Part shown: in pieces, positions 1 through 13,260 of the stretch
How positions within the stretch are numbered: position 1 is the first letter of the stretch
Layout: every line of letters starts with the position of its first letter
Assembly: GCF_009914755.1 (NCBI RefSeq)
Contig: NC_060925.1
Origin: the human T2T-CHM13v2.0 reference genome, Homo sapiens
Direction: 5' to 3' (one strand)
Length of the DNA: 64,000 bases
Translations under genes and position numbers: made by a program
The notes under the pieces: model-generated
Databases searched by the model: none
What the model was told of the DNA's origin: nothing
What the model saw: only the letters and a program-made list of their open reading frames with translations

Positions 1-180
1 CTCAAGCTACGGGTCAGGCTTTTTTGCCAATTGCCAAATTCAGCGTGTAAAACAGAGAGCTCACATCTGTCTGTTTGTAAGCTTCGGTGAGAACAACAAG
101 GAAGGCCCTCAAGATCCCTAGGAGGGCGGCGAAGGGTCTCTGGCGAAGGGTCACCGCGTCGGCGGTGAGCCAAGGTATGT

Positions 181-346
181 CAGGAGAGAGTGCGAACCCA
201 GCCCCCGGGTAGCACGAACACCACCGCAGACAAGGGCCCCGCTTGTGGGGAAATCGCAGAGCCAGTGCAGCCGCAGTGCGGTGGACTAGCCTCATCCAGG
301 GAGAACCCCCTTCCTGACCACGGTCTGTCCCCCGCCAGGTAAGAGG
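181..346 (-). pseudogene. Highly diverged full-length U1 snRNA pseudogene (duplicated type)
   Basis: Colinear with the U1 reverse complement end to end (CAGGAGAGAGTGCGAAC...TGGGGAAATCGCAG...GCCAGGTAAG). The Sm site is lost and there is no poly-A or TSD. Possibly RNU1-114P (recollection, unverified). Confidence 0.85.
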
Positions 347-384
347 AGAGGAGGGACAGTACAGCCTCCTGTCCCGTAGCCGCA

Positions 385-408
385 GGCTCAGGGTCACCAC
401 CTTCCCCT
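385..408 (-). promoter_or_regulatory. Remnant snRNA proximal sequence element (PSE)
   Basis: GTGACC core at -56..-61 from the pseudogene +1, against -57..-62 in the intact U1 variant promoter. The rest of the element is degenerate. Confidence 0.45.
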
Positions 409-1391
409 CTGCTTGGCCGGCGCCATTCTTCCAAACCACTCTCCGCCAAAGATTCCACGGACAGTCACCTACAAGACAACCCAGCCGTCCTTTCAGCAGC
501 GGATCCCGCCCCGCAGCCACCGCGCCCTCTCACCCCAGCGCTTCTACCCACCGCCTCTGCCCAGTCTGTGCACTTCACCTCCCTCGCCCCGGCTCCCCTC
601 TGAGCTTACAGTGGACAGGGGGTTCGTCCCCAACCCTTCTTGGGAATACTGAATAGAAAAGGGAGGAGCGTGCGCAATTCCTTGGTAGTGTGTAGACGGA
701 CATTGTGGGATTTGACTGTGGTACCATCGCTTTGACGTCCTAGTGATTTTTACACCTGCCTTCTGCTTAGAACACCGGCCACAGTTTTCCATTTGTGTCT
801 ACTCCACCTGCTGTCTTTGTTGGATAAGTGAACATCGTCCCCCTCTACCACTCAATCAACAAAAGGGCGGTCCTGGAGGACCTCACCCGCCGCTCACCTG
901 CTGCTCACCCCCCTCCCAACCTTGCGGACATCGCCTCCGGTCGCCTCTTCGTAAGGCCTAAGAAGCACGTTAGCTGCGAACGGAGGTGAGGAGGCTCAGC
1001 TGACCGCCTGTGTCAGCTGACAACGTGTGACACGCACAAACGCCAGGACTTGGCTTGGCCTCTCTCTTAGTTATTTGCAGCTCTGCCCAATCGGCGCCTC
1101 CGGGACGGCGGAGACGGTGGGCTTCTTGGGTGCAGCTCCACGAAGGCTGGCATCCCTGCACAGCGGTGAACACCTGAGGGAGACGCTCAGTCTCTCTCTA
1201 AAGCAACTTCTGCGGATGACACGGAGATAAATAAGAGCAGTGTGTCATGAGAGGCCGTCCACCAGGACTTGCCCTCCTTTGCCAGGGTTTGCACCTAGCA
1301 GAGAGACTGTTCTGCCTCTGGCCCTTGGAGCAGGCTGGCTGACAGCGGAGTAAAGAAAAATTACTGCGGGTGTGCAGTCAGTGCAAAACAA

Positions 1392-1463
1392 TTCTCTGAC
1401 CGATAATTGAACCCGGGATGCGGTGGTGAAAGAGCTGAATCATAGCCACTAGACCAGCACGGG
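1392..1463 (-). pseudogene. tRNA-Glu(TTC) pseudogene
   Basis: 72-nt ungapped match to the tRNA-Glu-TTC reverse complement with many substitutions. T-stem and acceptor stem are broken; a T4 tract lies just downstream. Confidence 0.85.
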
Positions 1464-3884
1464 GGCACGGGAGGGTCTTTCTCAACCTTCTTGCCATATA
1501 AGTGACTGTTTCCCTGTGCGCTGGGAGGACTTGGGCCTTGTGGGGGTCGTTGGTCGCTCCTGGAGTCGTCTCACAAGGCCTTTCCCTCCCTCCTTTCTCC
1601 AAAAGAGGAGCCCGGAGGCGACGCACCCAGTACTCTGCGAGGCCCACCAAGGCCACGAGTCCCGAGTCCTGGAGCGAGTTGCAGCGTCCAGGCTGCACCT
1701 GACCACTGACCTAGAAATGTGCCTTTGCGAAGCGGCAGCGCATGGAGAAACAGTCGCTGGTGGCCAGGGCCAGAGTCGCGCACCGGGTAGCCAGAACAGG
1801 CAGGAGCGAGGAGGCTCCCGGGGTGAGAACGGGGCACCCCGCACATCATAAAGGACTCAGACCTTGGCAACCCCGACATCATAAAGGACTCACACGGATG
1901 TGGAAACCGAGACGAGCTGGATGGAAAACTTTCCAGGGGGGCTCCGGGGCCCTCAACTGCTCTCTGACCTTCCCCTGCAACCTGCGACACCTGCCATTTT
2001 CCCATCTTAGGCGACGGCAACGCTACCCTTCCTTATGCTCCAGGCAAAACTCCTAGAGTTCCCTCTGACGCTGGAGTTTTTTCCTCAAATCCAAAATCCA
2101 ATTGGTCACCAATTCGTGATTTCCCGTCGGCCAAGTGCGTGGGCATTGATCTACACGCGAATTTCTCCACCTCGGCGGAATGGCCACTTAGGGGTGGGAG
2201 AGGGGCCCTCCGGTGGATTGTAAGGTGTTTAGCAGCATCCCTCGCCTCCGCTGACTAGATAGATGCCAGGGGTTAACATTCTCCCTCCGGGCTTCCCCTA
2301 GTCTGGCCTAGTGTCCCAGCGGGGATGGGGGAGTAGTCTGAGGGTGAAGTTGCCGCCTATTGAGAACCACTGGTGCTCATAGTCCTGCCCTCTGAGCTTG
2401 TGCAGAGGACTCTCCAGATGAAGGCTCAGGGGTCGATCCAGCTCGAGACCCCCTCGCTCCCCCCGCACAGTCGGACCTTAAAATTGGAGGGTTTTAACAT
2501 CTCGACATCATGAGATTCTACCTTTAGGTCTTTTCTTCCGTTCTGTCCGCCAAATCGGCCTCTTCCGAGTTTGTTGACCAGGGCCAGCCAGGCAGAAGGC
2601 TGGTTTCGCTCAAAGAGGATCCCCTCGCCCTCCTGGAGCTTCAGGCCTGTTTCCGTTGGGTCTGCAGAGAAGCCTTAGGGGCCACTTCCTTCGGCATGGG
2701 GAGGGGGAACAGGTGCTCGCTGCGCGGGGAAGAAGAGGGTTTGACTGCTGTTCTCGACCCCCAGCGCCAAACCTCCACCCCGGTGCGCGCCCCTCCAGGC
2801 TCCTGCTGGTCCCACTCGCCGGTAATTAGGTCTCCGGTCAGCCTCAGCTCCCGAGACACCCAGGCCCAGAAGGACACGTAAGGGAAAGCAGCTATTCACT
2901 TCGGTCCTGTCCGCAAGGGATCCCTTTCTGACGGGAAAGAAAGGTGGCGAGTCCCGTTCTGTTGAGTAAGCGGAAGAGAGATCAAAGGGAAGAGAAGAAA
3001 AATCCTGTGAGGTTTCAGGATCTAAAGTTACCATGAAGTCGACCTAACCTCGTCTGGAGGTCCTCCCGTGGCTGGCGAAGGTGAGTCGAGTCTCCGTCTT
3101 CAGTTTGTCAAAGTGGACAAAGCCTACGACAACTGCCAGTACCAGCTACTAGGCATCCGCAGTCTTTCCAGTTGGTGGTACTGGAGGTCCCTACCCAGGA
3201 TTTCCGTGGATTCCAAGGGTACAACTAAACAGCTTTTGTTGTTCCAACTGCTCTTATTTGAAGAAAGGGCCGATCTGTTGAGAATCACATAGGAAAACCA
3301 CTTCCATAAGAGTGTAGCTACTGTTGTTGAGACTGTCACATTCTCCCTCCTCCTCCTTCCTCTTCCTAGAAATGTGCAATGAAAATTAATCCCCACGATC
3401 GGCCTGTTGTACTTTCAATGTACAGTTGGCAGAACCTAAGGTAACTCTAGGAGGTTCCGGGATGAATATTTGAAGTATGACACAGTCATTTTTATTTGCA
3501 CGTGCATTCCAAAAACACATTGGACAAACACATCCAGTTCACCTGTGCCACACTTACAAAGACGCGAAAAGAGGGGCTACATACAAACAAGTGAAAGATG
3601 TAATCAAACGGCTTTTAAATGTCTGCTGTTTCCACTGAAGGTCTTCTTCTCTGGATACACCTACCAGTGTCTTCTCTTTCTCCAAAACCAGACATTCAAG
3701 TGCCAGACCCTGAAATCAGTTTTCTGGTTCCAACTTGTTCTTCCCCATTCTGTATCTCTGCCCCTCCACTCTCTTCTTTCATATGCAGGAAAGTTCAGCT
3801 CTCCCTCAGTTTCCAATTTGCAACATCCCATTCGAAGAATGCAATGACCAGCATCAAAAATTAGACACCTTCCATGGGACTCCG

Positions 3885-4262
3885 TCTCTCTCTTAGTTGG
3901 AGCTTCTATAACAATGTACCATAAATTGGGTGACTCATCCTAAACAGACATTTCTCACAGTTCTGGAGTTTTCAAGTCTAAGATCAAGGTGCCAGCATGG
4001 TAGGGTTATGGTGAGGAACCTCTTCCTGGTCGTAGACTGCCGTCTTCCCACTGTGTCTTCAGGTGGCTGAAAGAGGGGGAAAGAGCTCTCTAGTGTCCCT
4101 TTTATGGGGGCACTAATCCCACTCAGGAGGACTCCACTCTCTGGATCTAATTACCTCCCAAAGGCCCCTCCTAATAATTTTAACACATTTCCTGGGGTGG
4201 GCAGGGGAAGGTTAGGGTTCCAATCAAGGTATTTTGGGGGGACACAAACATTAGGTCTCCCG
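3885..4262 (-). mobile_element. MLT1 (MaLR) solo LTR
   Basis: Typical MLT1A/B motifs (TTCTCACAGTTCTGGAG, AAGATCAAGGTGCCAGCA, TAATTACCTCCCAAAGGCCC, GGGGGGACACAAACATT). Confidence 0.8.
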
Positions 4263-4488
4263 TGATCTTTCTAGAAGAAGAAATTATACATGACCCAAAG
4301 TTTTGTACATTTCACAGTTAGAAATAAAGAAAACTTTTTCTAAGATTTTGAAAGGCCTGAAACGTGAGGCCAACCAACCCCATCACTAAAATCTGGACTC
4401 TGTGCTGATTGTTGTGGACTTTTTGCGTGTTCATCCTCCCTGCAGACAACTGAAGATTCATTCTCTCCAGAGGGTAGAAGAGAAGATG

Positions 4489-5572
4489 TATTGGGAGAAC
4501 CCACCCCCAATATTTCAAAGTAGGTTCTTTCTATTTTCCGTAAGTGTCAGCTGGCTGAAAAATAAAGAGACAGTACAAAGAGAGGAATTTTGCAGCTGGG
4601 CCACCAGGGGTGGCATCACATATCAGTAGGACCATGATGCCTGCCTGAGTCTCAGACCACCAAGTTTTCATTAAGGGTTTCAAAAGGGGAGGGTGTGTAA
4701 GAACAGAGAGTAGGTACAAAGATCACATGCTTCAAAGAGCAAAAAGCAGAACCACTGATAAGGGTCTAACAAAGATCACATGCTTCTGAGGGAACAGGGC
4801 AAAGGGCAAAAGCAGAACCACTGATAAGGGTCCAACAAAGATCACGGGGCAAAGGGCAAAAGCAGAACCACTGATAAGGGTCTGTGTTCAGTGGTGCACA
4901 TATTGTCTTGATAAACATCTTAAACAACAGAAAAAAGGGTTCCAGAGCAGAGAACCGGTCTGACCACAAATTTACCAGAGCTGAGTTTTCCTAACCCTAG
5001 TAAGCCTGAGGGTTCTGCAGGAGACCAGGGCTTATCTCAGTCCTTATCTCACTGCACAAGACAGACATTCCCAGAGTGGCTGTTCATAGACCTCCCCCCA
5101 GGGATGCATTCTTTTCCCAGGGTATTAATATTAATATTCCTTGCTAGGGAAAGAATTTAGCAATAAGTTTCCTACTTGCACGTCCAAGTAGGCCCCCTGC
5201 AAGAAGAAAATTATGGCTCTTTTTGCCCGACCCCACAGGCAGTCAGACCTTCTGGTTGTCTTCCCTTGTTCCATAAAAATTGTTATTATTCTGTTCTTTT
5301 TCAAGGTGCACTGATTTCATATTGTTCAAACACACATGTTTTACAATCAATTTGTACAATTAACACAATTATCACAGTGGTCCTGATGTGACGTACATCC
5401 TCAGCTTATGAAGATAACAGGATTAAGAGATTAAAGACAGGCATAAGAAATTATAAAAGTATTATTTGAGAACTGATAAATGTGTATATTAAGATGAAAT
5501 CTTCACAATGTATGTTCCTCTGCTGCAGCTGCAGCTTGTCCCTCTGTTTGGGTTCCCTTACTTCCTGTAACA
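4489..5572 (-). mobile_element. MER11 solo LTR (HERV-K11/HML-8)
   Basis: Minus strand starts TGTTACAGGAAGTAAGGGAACCC, like the MER11 5' end. Internal AAAGATCACA...GCAGAACCACTGATAAGGGTC repeats; ~1.08 kb; imperfect 6-bp TSD AAGATG/AGGATC. Confidence 0.85.
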
Positions 5573-5882
5573 AGGATCCTTGGCCCCAAGGGGGCAATCA
5601 GCATAGATGAGCAAAGACTTGTGTCCCACACTGAAATGAGAGGGATGAAGTGACAGCATATCTTGATCTATGTGATGGTTACATAAGTTATGACCTATTT
5701 CAAAGCTTATTATGCTGTGTGAAAAAGAACAAAACCAGAGGACTTGCACAACCTGACATTCAGACTCACTCTAAGCTGTTATAAACAAGGCAGTATGCAA
5801 GCGGCATTGGAAGACACAAATACATCAACAGACTGACTTGGGAGATCTGAAACTGACCACAGCTGTAAGGTCCATAGGTTTT

Positions 5883-6167
5883 TTGTTTGTTTGTTAATTT
5901 CTTTTTGTTTTCTGAGACAGGGTCTCACTCTGTCACCCAGGCTGGAGTGCAGTGGCCTGATCTCAGCTCACTGCAAACTCTGCTTCCCATGCTAATGCAA
6001 TCCTCCTGCCTCAGCCTCCCAGGTAGTTCATACTACATGTGCATTTTAGTAGACATGAGGTTTTGCCATGTTGTCCAGACTGGTCTCCAACTCCTGGGCT
6101 CAAGTGATCCACCAGCCTCTGTCTCTCACAGTGCTGGGATTACAGGCATGAACCACCATGACCAGTC
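5883..6167 (-). mobile_element. Alu (old, small internal deletion)
   Basis: Alu body plus degenerate tail; TSD CATAGGTTTT/CACAGGTTTT. Confidence 0.9.
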
Positions 6168-6169
6168 AC

Positions 6170-8445
6170 AGGTTTTCAATAAAAGCAGTTCAATGGGGCA
6201 AAGGAAATAGTTTCAATTAATTGACTTTCACAAAGAAGAAAGGGGAGATGAACAAGGTTATTTCTCCCTCACACTACACTTGAAAGTAACTTGAGGCACA
6301 TTATAGACCAAAACTTAAAAGCTAAAGATATAAAGCATTTCAAGGATACTTTGTGACTTGTTGGTAGACAGAGATTTATTAAACAGGGCACAGAAAAAAA
6401 ATGTATAAAGGAAAGACTTGATAAATTAGACTTCATCAATATTAGCCATATCTTCTCATCAAAAGATGCCACAAAGAACTTGAAAAAATGAATCAGCCTC
6501 AGGGAGAAAATAGTCACAAAACCTATCTGACCCCCAAACCCTGTAACTATAATGTATGGTGAGATCTTCTTACCTGGTAACGAAAACAACAACAACAAAA
6601 CAAAAACAAAAAATAATCAACCCAAGTATGCTAGAAGGGTAAAAGACTTGAACAGATACATAAGAATAAAAGGTACACACATGGTCAATAAAGCACATAC
6701 AATATGTTTAGTTATCAGGAAAATGGAAATTAAGACCACACTGAGACACCACTATAACTCCCAGTAGCATGGCTAAATTTATAGGGAGAGGAAACACCCA
6801 ATCTTGGAGAAGATGAAGAACAACCACAACTCTCACACGTCATTGGTGGAAATGTAAAATGACACAACTACTTTGGGACGTTTTGTCATTTTTTATGAAC
6901 TTGCCCATATCCCACTCTTTGGTACCAGCAATTCGGCACCCAGGTTTTCCCAAGAGACACGAAAACAGATGCCCTCAAAATCTCTTGTGAGAAGAAAGTT
7001 CAAAGCAGGCTTATTCAGAATAGCCAATACCAGTTTATTCAGAATAGCCAATATCCAGACTCTCATTATGAGGGTGGGGGTGGGGCGGGAATGGCAAACA
7101 AACTGTGCTGTTTCTTTGCAATGGAATACTACTCAGCAATGAAAGAGGAATGAACTTCTGCTACACTCAGCAATGGATAGAGCCAGAGACATTATGCAGA
7201 GAGAAAGAAGCATGTAGAACAGAGTAGATGCACCGTGATTCCATCTGCGTGAAGTTCTAGAAGCAAAGGTAAAGTGAAAACAATCTGGAGAGTGATTGTT
7301 CACAAATAAGGCAGAGGACAACGACAATGATTTTTATAATTCTAGTGATTACGTTGTTGATTGAGTAGTCACTAAATCCAGGCACATCTGACAACAACGG
7401 TGTAAGGCAGAGTTTGCGAAGTGGCACAACCTTCCATAGAAAAAATGTTGAGGCACATAAAATGTAAGATACTTAACCAAGGTCAGGCAAGGACTGACAC
7501 AGATTTCCAACACAGAACCTGGGTTCTTGGACATAGATTAGACTGGACCTGTCCACTTCTCTGTTTCAGGTGTCTCTGGGATTCTCAGCTGCACCAGAGG
7601 AGAGAGAGAAGGACAGAGAAGGAGACAGAGGGAGAGAGGAGTAGGGAAGAAATGGAGGGAGGCACAGGGCCTGTAGCTGTTGAAGAGCAGAGAAGTAACT
7701 CTTGCCAGTGTATTTACAGTATAGAAAAGTTTTCTGGCGATCAGGACATTAGCAGATGCTAAGCTTGCTGTGGTCAGGAGATGAATTTGATATGCCATAG
7801 ATTTAGAAATTAAAACGAAACCCTAAAGTTATTGGAAGAGAATGTAGCAGAATACATTTCTGCCTTAAGAGATAACAGGAAAAAATAAAGCAAAGTAGAA
7901 TTTAACCAAAGTTATCAACTTCTGCTCATCAAGAATCACCATGAAAAGGGAGAAGGTGAGCCACAGACTGGGAGAAGATAATTGCCCCGTGTTTACCTGA
8001 AAAAAAAAATAACTCAAATCTTGAATATAGAGAGTACTTTTTACAAATCAGTAATAAAAGGCAAAGCCAATTGAATTAGGGAAAATGCTTCAATAGCCTC
8101 TCTTCTCAAAGGATTGCTAAATGGTGAAAACGCATTAGTAAATATGCTCAACAGCATTACTCATTAAAGGAAACACAAATTGAAGCCATGATGTGGTACC
8201 GTTTTACATCCACCAGAATGGGTGTATTTAAAAGACAGTAAACACCACGTGCTGTCAAGGATGTTCAGCCAGTGGAACTCTCCTTGCTGGTGAGAAAGCA
8301 TTCTGGAAGAAACCATTTGGCCGTTTCTAATAAAGTTAACATTACACCTACCATATGATTGAACAATTCCAGTACTTGGTATTCCTCAAAGGAAATGAAT
8401 GCACGTGTCCACAAAAAGACCCCACACAAGAAGAATCTTCATTCG
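6170..8445 (+). mobile_element. Ancient L1M 3'-region fragments (two blocks, ~6170-7300 and ~7800-8445)
   Basis: A-rich L1 ORF2-end/3'UTR motifs (TGGTGGAAATGTAAAATG, ATGGAATACTACTCAGCAATGAA, CCACCAGAATGG). Confidence 0.65.
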
Positions 8446-8466
8446 CCTTGTCCAGCTAGTGGAATC

Positions 8467-9032
8467 TGTTTCTTACCAGCAGGAGTAGAAGTCTGAACAT
8501 TTCTCTTGGTATCATTTCTCTTGGCCTCTTGGTATCAGAGTCGCCAAGGAAAATACAACGCAGTCAAGCACTGGACGGAAAAACAACACATTATTCACAC
8601 AGAGAGGAGACACAGCCGGGTGTGGGCTCCGCTTCAGTAGTGGGCGTTGGTCCCCCATGGCCATCCGGTCCCTCCATTTGGCCTGCACACACAGCCTCTT
8701 GAGAAGCAGAAGAAAGGGCCCCTCCCCCTCCCCTCAGCGGGGAGCAGATACAGCAGCTGGCCAGGTGCCAGTTGATGCACATGTTTAAGTGGAACAAAGG
8801 GGTACACAGTCTGATCGGGGGAAAGATACTCCCACACAAGGAGGTGAGTCCAGCACAGGCTGTGAGGACTCCTTATCTCTTGGGAAGGAAGTGCTCCAGG
8901 CCCAAGGCCCATTCCTACCCGGCAGAGTGGAAGTGGAAAGACCCCTGGCACGAGATTGCCTTTCCCCACACTTTCCTGTTGGCATACAAACTTGGCGACG
9001 AGCTGGGAGACAAGCCATTGTAGGCCACAACA
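8467..9032 (-). mobile_element. ERVL-class solo LTR (MER54-like)
   Basis: TG...CA bounded ~570-bp element whose minus strand starts TGTTGTGGCCTAC. Family assigned from memory. Confidence 0.45.
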
Positions 9033-9312
9033 AAGAGTTTGAAGTTTAAAGTCATTAAAAGCTTGTCGTTTCGTGTGTAACAGCCCCAGTGACTGGAAAA
9101 CAGGTTCTGAGGGCACCATTGCCTTCGTGTAAGCCACCAACAGGGCTGACTGGGTTATTTGCTGTGTGAGGCTCGGAAATGGACGGAGCACGTCCAGCGC
9201 TTCCCTTGGATTCCTCGCCAGGTTAGTGGGCTGTGAGGTCTCTTTTCCTTTCCCTGAGGCGCCTGGTTGCAGGGAGCGAAAGTGGATAGCTGACGGCCTG
9301 GAAGAACGACAT

Positions 9313-9384
9313 TGCCGTGACTCGGATTCGAATCGAGGTTGCTGCGGCCACAGCGCAGAGTACTAACCACTATACGATCATGGC
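9313..9384 (-). tRNA. tRNA-His(GTG) variant (His-GTG-2-like with G53A)
   Basis: GCCATGATCGTATAGTGGTTAGTACTCTGCGCTGTGGCCGCAGCAACCTCGATTCGAATCCGAGTCACGGCA. Cloverleaf with A4:C69 and A53:C61 mismatches. Confidence 0.9.
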
Positions 9385-10080
9385 GAGCCACAGGCCAAGC
9401 GATGATAGCTGAGCTTGCTCTACTAATTTTGACATCAATAGATTTCGATTATTAGGCGGCTTTGTTCCCAGACAGCTACAGGGGGATCGCGCTATTCTTT
9501 CATACCCGCTCTGCTTTTCCCTCCCTTCCTCCCAATCCTCATATGTGATGAGAAAAATTCTTATCTCCTCCACTCCAGCCTGGGCCTCTCTCGCGAGGTC
9601 TCTCTGTCCTCATTCGCACCTCCTCTACTTCTCTCCGGCCTCTCCGTATTTCTGCTTTTCACCCTTCCTCTCTCCCGCCGGACCGACCGAAGCAGAGGTG
9701 AGCGAGGGTAGCGCAAGCAGCGTAGCGAGTCAGGTGAAGGCGGAGCCAAGAACTGCGAGAGCTGTCACTAGAGCCCACCGGGCGTTCTGCTTGCTTCCCT
9801 TCGGACCCACGCGATTCAGGCTCAGGGAGTCGCGGACCCGGGCGTTTCCAGGATGCTGGGTCTGATGCCTGCGAGGGGCAGGACGAGGCGAAGGCCATTC
9901 CGCTGCCCTTCCAGCTTCAGAATCACCCAATGCACGGGTTTCAACCGTAGCCGGCAAGCTGCCCCTCTCCGGTTTTCCGAGGCTTTGGAGCCTGCACAAT
10001 TGTTCTACAAAAGGCGGTGGCTCCGCCTAACGTTAGATGGACGCTTGCTCTGCGTGGTGATACCAGAGCGAGAGTCGACT

Positions 10081-10156
10081 GTTCCTGTGTCGCAGTCGGG
10101 TGGTGTGCTTGCTTCCAAGTCTGGAGGCGGGTGGTTCGAGCTCGTTCTATGGAACG
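10081..10156 (+). pseudogene. Degenerate tRNA relic, tRNA-Asn-derived
   Basis: GTTCCTGTGTCGCAGTCGG...GGTGGTTCGAGC...GGAACG aligns with tRNA-Asn-GTT at the A and B boxes. The anticodon arm is scrambled; TTTT follows ~10 nt later. Confidence 0.6.
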
Positions 10157-10181
10157 TTTCCTGCATTTTAAAAATGCTTAA

Positions 10182-10605
<424 letters not shown>

Positions 10606-10609
10606 CTCT

Positions 10610-12500
<1,891 letters not shown>

Positions 12501-12619
12501 CTGTTTGTTTGCAGAGAGGAGCAGTGAGCAGATTTCAGGCAGGAGAGTAAATCGGGCATCCGTTACTCAAACTTTGCCGGGAGCCTAAGGCATCTCTTTA
12601 CATGTTCTTAGTTTGACTT

Positions 12620-13260
12620 CAACAGGAGGTGTGTCAGTTTATCTTCCAACATATTTTTCCAACTCAATGAGAGAGCCTTTTCCTTCGTGCTCTTGCCAGC
12701 ACAGCAGTTTCCATATATCAGTCTGATGTACCAGTGAGGGGGTGGTGCCCTGCCTGACTTACCTAAGCAGGAGGTGCAGCAGAAAGACATGGTGGACAGT
12801 TCCCAGAGATACTCTCTGGCACGTGTTCCACAGCTAAACCTCCAAGATGTTTAGAAAGTCTTCCAGTAATTGTAATTGTTTTCTCTGGTGATCTACCTAA
12901 GCCCAGAGAAAACTGGCTGGAGAGACCCTGAACTGCTTCCTGTCAAGAGGCTTATCAAATAGGAGGGGAAAGAATGGCTCCTTCTAGAAATTTGTTCCTT
13001 TTCTCTTTTCTTTATGAATTGCATTCTGCTTTTGTTGAATGCAAACGATCTACAGACTGTTCTCCCTCCTAGACAAGGGTGAATTGGCATGCTAATAACT
13101 ACCTCTGTGTTATTCCTTCCTTGATGGTGTTTGTTTTGTTTTGTTTTTCTGTAAAACTCATCTCACTGGAGACAAATCTCTGGATCCTGCACCTCACCAT
13201 GCTTCTTATGCAGACCTGGATCCTTGGAGTTATTGGCTCCCTTTGCCTTGTTTATTTTGT
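12620..13260 (-). repeat. Low-copy paralogous block, copy 1 (inverted)
   Basis: Reverse complement shares GAGCCAATAACTCCAAGGATCCAGGTCTGCA, TAGGAGGGAGAAC, TCACCAGAGAAAACAATTACA and TGTCCACCATGTC, in the same order, with 21.86-22.5 kb. Confidence 0.8.

Larger units (their letters stand above)
1..3200. promoter_or_regulatory. CpG-island-like region containing the U1 pseudogene and a tRNA-Glu relic
   Basis: Visibly GC- and CpG-rich and nearly TE-free, unlike the CpG-depleted sequence after ~3.4 kb. Judged by eye, not computed. Confidence 0.65.

Noticed and set aside
996-1022. Paired CAGCTG palindromes (TGTCAGCTGACA)
   Set aside because: A 12-bp palindrome is expected many times by chance in 64 kb; no independent support.
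14-2056. Several 100-170 aa ORFs in the first CpG island
   Set aside because: Expected in GC-rich DNA on both strands; they overlap the U1 and tRNA relics and show no protein-family signal.
2420-2530. Possible additional tRNA relic (GGGTCGATCC)
   Set aside because: No A box at a suitable distance and no alignable tRNA body.
4715-4885. Spaced direct repeats resembling a CRISPR-like array
   Set aside because: Internal tandem repeats of the MER11 LTR in a primate genome; no unique spacers or cas genes.
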